A stretch of 64,000 nt of DNA, from assembly GCA_951406725.2 (NCBI GenBank), contig OX597831.1, forward strand, positions 18,848,001-18,912,000, given 5' to 3'. Position 1 is the first letter of the stretch; the number at the start of each line of letters is the position of its first letter. The position numbers were made by a program, and so were the translations under genes. This stretch comes from Octopus vulgaris. Lineage: Eukaryota. Positions 56,633-64,000 of the stretch are shown in pieces. The notes beneath the pieces are model-generated. The model worked only from the letters and a program-made list of their open reading frames with translations, had not been told where the DNA came from and ran no database searches.

Positions 56633-57080
56633 ACGAAAGAAGGTTTGTAAATGCAATTTAAAAGATGTTTATTTACTTAACAGGTTTCACTCTTTGGAAA
56701 AAGATTGTCAAAAGTAACATAGAATATTATGAATTCAAAAAAGTTTTTTACATAATTGCCACATAACATGTATATATACAGTCTTTGGTAATAGGGACAT
56801 GTTAAGGACATAAAGAAGTACAACAGTGTGATGAGAATATTTGAAAAAATGGGCAGAAAAGAATAAAACAAATATATTATTGGAAGTTTGGTTGCGTTAA
56901 TTATTGGTTGTTGCAAATTGCCACATTACATGTATATAAACAGTCTTTGGTAACAAGGACATGCTAATGACATAAGAAAGTACAACAGTATGATGAGAAT
57001 ATTTGAAAAAATGGGCTGAAAAGATTAAAATGAATATATTATACATCCCAGGGTCAGTACAGAATATTATGAATTCAAGG
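56633..57080 (-). mobile_element. Second copy of the repeat at 160-412, with internal tandem duplication and U3:A8 HHR-like motif (56673-56717)
   Basis: Minus strand TTACTT-TTGACAA-TCTTT(TTCC)AAAGA-GT-GAAA-CCTG-TT-AAGTAA; possibly the distal 3' end of the PLE at 59214. Confidence 0.55.
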
Positions 57081-57794
57081 CGAGTTTGTTTACTGACCTG
57101 TCCGTTTTAGCAGAAATGTTGAATTGAGAAAGATGTACCCATTTTTTTCTGTTTTTGGCTTTCCTTCAAGCATCAATGATATTGGGGTTAGGATGAGGTG
57201 AATATATGTGTCTCTCTGCGTGTGTGTGAATAGATGTGTCTGTGTGCCTGTAGTATTTAGTCAGATGGCGTCTGTTTGTCAAGTGTGTGTGGTCGTAATG
57301 GTGTTGCGCGTGCGCGCGCGCACGCACGCTTGAGTGTGGATGGCATTTGACATGGTGCTGCGTGTGTATATACGTGCCTGTATGGAGGTGAGACTGGTGT
57401 GAGTTTGCGTGCCCCTGTGTGCGTGCACACACACGTATACAAGCGTCTGCGTGTGTATGGGGGCTGATTTTGAATGGTTCCAGGGTGGCGAAAATAGATG
57501 TGTGTTGTTTAAAGAATTTTTGGTGTAGGATGGTGTGTGTATATATGCGTGCCCGCCCGTGAACGCGCGCGTGCGCGCCTACGCGTGTGTGCGGGCCATA
57601 CACACACACTACACATACATACACACACACACACACATCATACACACACTCATATCTGACCCCCCCACACACACAACACACACACATAATATACAAACAC
57701 ACAACACACACACAACACACACACATACAGAACACACACACACACACAACGCACACACATAAAATATACACACACAACACACAAATATAACATA

Positions 57795-58178
57795 CTAGCA
57801 GTATCGCCCGGCGTTGCTCAGGTTTGTAAGGGAAATAACTATAAAGCATTTTTAGAGAGTTATAGCCAAAAAATAGCAAAAAAATGGGGAAAAATGATGG
57901 TAAATTTTTTTTGAGAGTTAAAAAAGGTGGAGTTGCGTCCCCTAGACGGTCTGTGGTTTGGGTTTCTGATTCTCGACCCCATGTCGAATTTATCGATTTT
58001 TTTCAGAACTGGGGGAACTTTTCAAAATTTTCGCTGCGTTAGTTTTGAATTATGACATTGGGCTATGTGTGTGTCAAGTTTCATCAGAATCGGTTGAAAG
58101 CCGTGGTCAGGATGAGGGTACGAGAAAACAGACACACAGAAACACACACAGACAAACTGCCGTTTATATAGAGAGAGA
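57795..58178 (-). mobile_element. Non-autonomous Helitron
   Basis: Minus strand 5' TC, subterminal hairpin-like CCTGAGCAACGCCGGG, 3' CTAG, inserted between A and T without TSD. Confidence 0.8.
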
Positions 58179-58179
58179 T

Positions 58180-59060
58180 TTATATGTAATATACACACAT
58201 ATAACACACACACAACACACACTCACACACACAACACACGCACACATACATACATAATATAAATACAACACAAAAATACACCTGACACATATATACATAC
58301 AATACACATACACAGCATATATATAATACACATACACAATATATACATATAATATATATATATATATATGGACAATGCATATACACATATACATATATAC
58401 ATATATATAGTGCTTACATACACATACGTAAATATACCACATATACACACAGTATACATACATACAATGTATACATATACACATACGCATACATATAACA
58501 TATATATACACGTAACATACACAATGCATACATATATATACATGCAATGTATATACATGTATTCGTGCATATATAACACACCTACAATTTACATATATAC
58601 AATGCACACATACACACACATATACACATAATGTACACATACATGTACAATACACATACATACAATATACATATACACAATGCACATGCAAATAATGCAC
58701 ATATATATACACACATATATATATCTATATATATATTTATTTACACATATACACATACATATATATATAATGCATACACACACACAAAATACATACATAT
58801 AGCGTACACACATATATATCTACATACACACACACACAAAATGTACTCACATATACACATATACCATGCATACACACACACAACACACACATATATACAT
58901 ATATATAAAACATATACACATATAAATACATACACACACAATGCACACACACACACACACATACGCGCGCGCGCACACACACACACATACACAACGCACA
59001 CACACACACACGCACACAACCCACACAACACTCACACACATACATAACCTACATATATAT
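58180..59060. repeat. Degenerate (CA)/(TA) low-complexity tract
   Basis: Direct reading. Confidence 0.9.
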
Positions 59061-59213
59061 AATGCATGCGTGTGCGTGCCGCGTATGTGTGTGGTCAATG
59101 CCCACTAGTGTGCCCTATGTGTGCCGATGCGTGCATGTGTCCACCTGCATGACATGCTGCGAGTGTGCGCGTGTTCCTGTGTGCTTGCTCTGGATGTGTG
59201 CCTAGGGGGTATG

Positions 59214-60685
59214 TTAGAGTATGTTTAGTTGTGGTCTGTATTTTTGAATAAAATTACTTTCCCTATTTATTCGTGTTTGGTCTGTGATGTTGTCCGAGCA
59301 TTGGTATAGTGGGAAGACTAAGAATTTGGGGGACTTATTGTGTGCACAAAGGTCTAAGTGTCCACTTAGTGGTATCTGTCTTGTGGAGGGGTCCCTCAGT
59401 TGTTGTCGGTGAACTGTCATTCTTTCTCTGAGGGTAAGGCTCGTTTGCCCTATGTAGTCTTCGTGGCATCCTTCACACCTTATGACGTAGATTAAATTTT
59501 TTGATGCGCACGTGAAATTATTTTTTATGATGAATGTGTGTCCCGAGCGGAACTTGTACGTCGATCCCTCAATGAGGTGGGTGCAAGTCCTGCAGTTGGG
59601 GCGACCACTTTTTTTTATGGTGGGCGGTGGGTTTGTGTTGTGTAATTTTGCGTTGGTGAGGAGGTTTTCTAGGGATTTAGGTTGTCTCTTACATTTTATT
59701 ATTTTATGAGCTGCCAGTAATTTTTTCAGGCGTGGGTCTTGATTTAGTTGTGGAATGTTGTTGTATATAATAGTGTAAGCTTCTGCATTCCTTGGGTTGT
59801 GTGTTGAGAGATAGGGGAGCTATTTACTGTACTGTGGATTTGTTTGGGTTTTCGTAGGTCTTGAGTGTTGATTGATTTGGCCCGTTCTATTCCGTTGTCT
59901 ACTAGTGATGCCGGGTAATGTCTTTCGAGAAGAATTGCCCTTAGTTCCCGGAGTCTTCTCTTTCGTGTTGTGTCATATGAGACAATAGTGCAGATTCTTC
60001 TCGCTAGGTTGAAGGGGATATTTGTCTTTGTGTGTTTTGGGTGACTAGAGATGAATAGAAGTTATTGTTTACAGTCAGTGGGTTTGTAATGGATGTCAGT
60101 TTCAATGTTGACGCCTTTTTTAATGATTAGAATGTCAAGAAAAGGGAGTTGGTCCTGACTATATTCCATTGTGAATTGAATGTTGTTATTTACACTGTTG
60201 ATAAGGTTTTTGAAGTCTATAAGTTGGTCGAGTGTCGGGGGACCATAGGATGAGGCAATCATCTAAGTAGCGTTTCCAGTTCTCCAACAGGTATTTGTGG
60301 AAAGACTAGCCGTACTTATATTTGGATTTTTCATAGATATGTGATTCCAGGTAGACCATTACCAGGTTTGCATAGGTAGGTGCAACTTTCGTACCCATTG
60401 CAGTTCCTGAAACATGTCTGTAAGTATTGTTATTGAAATACATGAAGTTGTTTTGCAGAATAAATTTGAGGCCCTCAATGATGAATTCTTTTTTAATTCT
60501 TTCCGGGATCTCATTGGGATATTTATCCAGCCAGAATTTAATGGCTTCCAGTCCATATTCATGTGGGATTGTGGTGTAAAGATTAATTACATCAAAGGAA
60601 ACGATTAAAGTGTCTTTATCGGTATGTTTGGGGAGATGATTTAATAGGTCGAGGTCATCTCTTACAATACTTGGAATGTGTTTCA

Positions 60686-60686
<1 letters not shown>
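59214..60686 (-). mobile_element. Penelope-like element (Neptune-like Cys linker): RT plus GIY-YIG, 5'-truncated at (TA)n, frameshifted
   Basis: GTAMGTKVAPTYANL, WKRYLDD, LPFLDI, YKPTD, HPKHTKTNIPFNLARR, RPNCRTC, NLIYVIRC..C..DYIGQT, RESNFIQKYRPQLN. Confidence 0.92.
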
Positions 60687-60768
<82 letters not shown>

Positions 60769-60949
60769 AATCTATATCTATATTTATCAATCTATCTCTG
60801 TATATACATATATATATATATAATAAAGGGCAAAATTAATTAATTAATTAATAATTAATAATTTTACCAAGTAGTTCGGCATGTTAAAAGGACCATTATC
60901 AACAAACTTAAACAAACATTTTTATAATTTTGCTTTCTATTTTCTTTGC

Positions 60950-61204
60950 CTGGACACCCATTGCCATTTGATGTTTTTATAATTAAATGTTATTAGGAAT
61001 TATATAAAAGTGATTGATACAATATTATATGTATTGTTGATGTATAGCCAATTTATTACACATACACTTTACTTGTCTGAAGCCATTTTTTCTTGGCCCC
61101 TGAAAAATTACCGTGAACACCCAATTTATTGTGTTGTATCTATGAACCTCCAAAATCATATATGGACCTCCGGGGTCCATGTGAGCCCCTGTTGAGAAAC
61201 CCTG
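60950..61204 (-). mobile_element. hAT/Charlie-like terminal fragment
   Basis: Minus strand TAGAT-CAGGGTTTCTCAAC terminus followed by TGGACCCCGGAGGTCCA hairpin. Confidence 0.5.
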
Positions 61205-61562
61205 ATCTAAACAATATTGCCCCACTTCAGTCCTTGTTTCATTTTTTTTAATTTTAAACTAATGACGACAAATACCCACTCCTAAATGTTTGCTCTCTTC
61301 TAAACTTCTTCCTCATATTATTACATTAGAAGGTCTGCTAGCTAGGATATATATCTAGCATCAACTTTACTTGCTTCACCCCCTCAATTTGGATTTCTCT
61401 ATATCTTTTAAATTGCGCAAAAATGAGAATAGAACTTTTTTCCAGTTAAGAATGTCCTATGCCTGGTGATTCTCAGCAAATCCTAAACGAATGATTTCGT
61501 GTCATCGAAGAACACAGTCTCTCTCTCTCTCTCTCTCTCCCACTCGCTCTCTCTCTATCTCA

Positions 61563-61599
<37 letters not shown>

Positions 61600-61645
61600 T
61601 CTCTCAGGTATCAATTTATCATCTTTCTGTGTTTGTGTGTGTGTG

Positions 61646-63137
61646 TACAGGGTGCAGTGAATAAACTCTCTAAATTAAACAAAAATGAGAATAACTCTGA
61701 CATCTCATTTTAACAGATATATTCACCAAAATTACATAAAAATGTCTAAAAATACTAAAGAGTAAATTTAATGTTCTATATCTAAGAAATGAGGAATTAT
61801 GTACATTATTTATATTTGACGTACATTTGTCCTCTTCTGGTTTGTTGTTAACACAACCTTTCGTCTCCAGCCTTCATCAGGTGTCTTGGGGAAATTTCGA
61901 ACCTGGGATCTCATTCGTAACGTATTCTTCTATGCGGTTATCATTATTATTATTATTGTTATTATTAAGGTCACTGCCTGTAAACGAACTCGGAATCTTG
62001 GGATTAGTAGCCCGCGCTCTTTACCACTACGCCACATGCAAATGGGCAATTATGGAGTGAAGCTTAGGGCTTATAACTCAAATATTCTCTTATCCTTCCT
62101 TAATACCGCTTCCCATATACTATTCATATCTGCACTTACTCTGCTTAGGAGGTGATTATGTCCTAGCATATGTGCTGCTTCTCTTCGTTTTCGTATTTTC
62201 CAGTGGTGTTCTCTCTCTATTATTTTAATTTCTTCCCACAAGGGGACGTGGTCTCCATTTTTCTATACATGATCAGCTATACCCGAATTATCAATATCTG
62301 CCAGCGTCACAGCTTTGCGATATTTCTCTACACTTATTTTGAGGGGGCCGCATAACTTACCACATCTACATGAGATGGAGTACACGCAGTTCTTAGTCAT
62401 ATTTTCTTCTATTGGTGAGGATAGATATCCGTAAAATATTAATAATGTAAATAAAAGTAAATTCATTCAATAAAATCGACATTGGCTTCAGCCAGGGTCT
62501 CCAGACAACTTCGGAATCTTATGCAACTCCTATGGACGGTAATCTTGTTTAATTTGGTGAATGCAGCTATAATCTTTGCCTTCATTTATTCAAGGAGTTT
62601 TCCTTGGTCTCCCGTTAAAATGCACCCCACACATAATAATGAAGGGGCTGCAGTCTGGGGATTCAGAGCCGATGCGGTCAAAGACATTCTCTGGTATCTC
62701 CGGAGAAGTTGTCTGGTTGCTAGACATAGGGTCTTCCAACAGCCATCCGCTCCCCCCAGGCATTTGATGTCGGCTTCAATGTTGATTCTGATGAGGTAGG
62801 GGAAGATGAATGGGGGCTTAATATCACCATCACTAGTGATGACTCCAAACACAATGATGCTGACTGGATGTTCGATTTTTATCATTCTCTGTACATTTCC
62901 TCAGATTGCACTATCCTCACATTGACATGCAATCACTCTAAAATATTCGCATTGGAAAGTCCGGTGCAAATGCCGAGTAGTACAGCATGTCGTTTTTAAA
63001 TTTGTGGCAGATGGGTTTGCGTGATAGTCCTGCTTTTTCTCGCAGATGCACCCCAAAAGACATTATTTTGTCGACAAAATGTGCATGCGCAAAATTAAAA
63101 ATTATAAAACGGCGCTATTTATTTAACGCACCCTGCA
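61646..63137 (-). mobile_element. Tc1/mariner (maT-like) element, same family as 30472, with nested PLE fragment
   Basis: TIRs CAGGGTGCAGTGAATAAA / TTTATTTAACGCACCCTG; HPVSIIVFGVITSDGDIKPPFIFP; SPDCSP-like motif. Confidence 0.8.
61773..62450 (-). mobile_element. Penelope 3' fragment: GIY-YIG remnant, tRNA-like module (61969-62040), HHR-like motif (61850-61885)
   Basis: KNCVYSISCRCGK..PLKI..EKYRKAV...SGIADHV; A box TGGCGTAGTGG, B box GAGTTCGTTTAC; GACAC-CTGATGA...GAAA-GG-TT-GTGTT. Confidence 0.7.
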
Positions 63138-63429
63138 TCTCTCTCTCTCTCTCTCTGCATATATATATATATAACCACAGAGTGTCCTGAGACAGCTTTT
63201 GTGGAAGATAACTAGGTTGTTAATGTCGCGTCTGTAGGGTAAAAACGATTCTAAGCCATACAAGAGAGTTGTAAGAATGGCGACTTTATAGACCTGAACT
63301 TTGATGTCAAGTTCATTGTCCCTTTCATTCCAATATATTGAATATATTAAATATTTTATAAATTGGCATGAGTGTCATCCGATGAAAGGTTGCAACCAAA
63401 TGTAATTGACGATTATAATATACCTAATG

Positions 63430-63820
63430 TTCTTTTCTACTCTAGGCACAAGGTCAGAAATTTTGGGGGAGGGAAGTTGTCGATTAGATTGACAACAGTA
63501 CGCGAATGGTACTTTATTTATCGACCCCGAAAGAATGAAAAGCTAAGTCGACCTCGGTGGAATTTGAACTCAGAACGTAACGGCAGACGAAATACTTATT
63601 TCTTTACTACCCACAAGGGGCTAAACACAGAGAGGACAAACAGGAACAGACAAACGGATTAAGTCGATTATATCGACCCCAGTGTGTAACTGGTTCTTAT
63701 TTAATCGACTCCGAAAAGATGAAAGGCAGAGTCGACCTCGGCGGAATTTGAACTCAGAACGTAACGGCAGACGAAATACCGCTAATCGTTTCACCCGGCG
63801 TGCTAACGTTTCTGCCAGCT
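63430..63820 (-). mobile_element. Dimeric OK-like SINE
   Basis: Two units joined at 63596/63597, equivalent junction to 36276/36277. Confidence 0.85.
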
Positions 63821-64000
63821 TGTGATATTGTGTAAAATTGTGATATTGTGTAAAACATTGTACCATAAACGCCAAGTACAAGACTTCAGACCAATACAGA
63901 GAAAGTGGGAATTCCTAACACATGCCCTTATACGTTTACAGGACAGTTTGTCGAATAAACACTTCAAACATTGTGCATATAATAGCTACAGTTAAATGAG

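Overview
Eukaryotic, AT-rich, repeat-saturated window with no recognisable host gene. The SINE families and the (TA)n/(GATA)n/(CA)n load resemble a cephalopod (Octopus-like) genome; this is an inference from pattern recognition, not a database result. Contents: (1) five insertions of one Tx1-clade (L1 group) non-LTR retrotransposon family, all on the minus strand and all abutting (GATA)n, four flanked by it on both sides, one keeping an open endonuclease-only ORF; (2) Penelope-like element (PLE) relics (RT/GIY-YIG) and about a dozen type I hammerhead ribozyme (HHR) or HHR-like motifs found by eye, including one fully canonical motif (47531-47613), U3:A8 covariant cores, a CUGUNGA-core family and one placed downstream of a tRNA-like Pol III promoter; (3) a ~2.6 kb local duplication; (4) CR1- and RTE-type LINE fragments, Tc1/mariner and hAT relics, Helitron relics and tRNA-derived SINEs. 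Most ORFs in the track are microsatellite artefacts or antisense frames. Coordinates were read by hand and may be off by a few bases.
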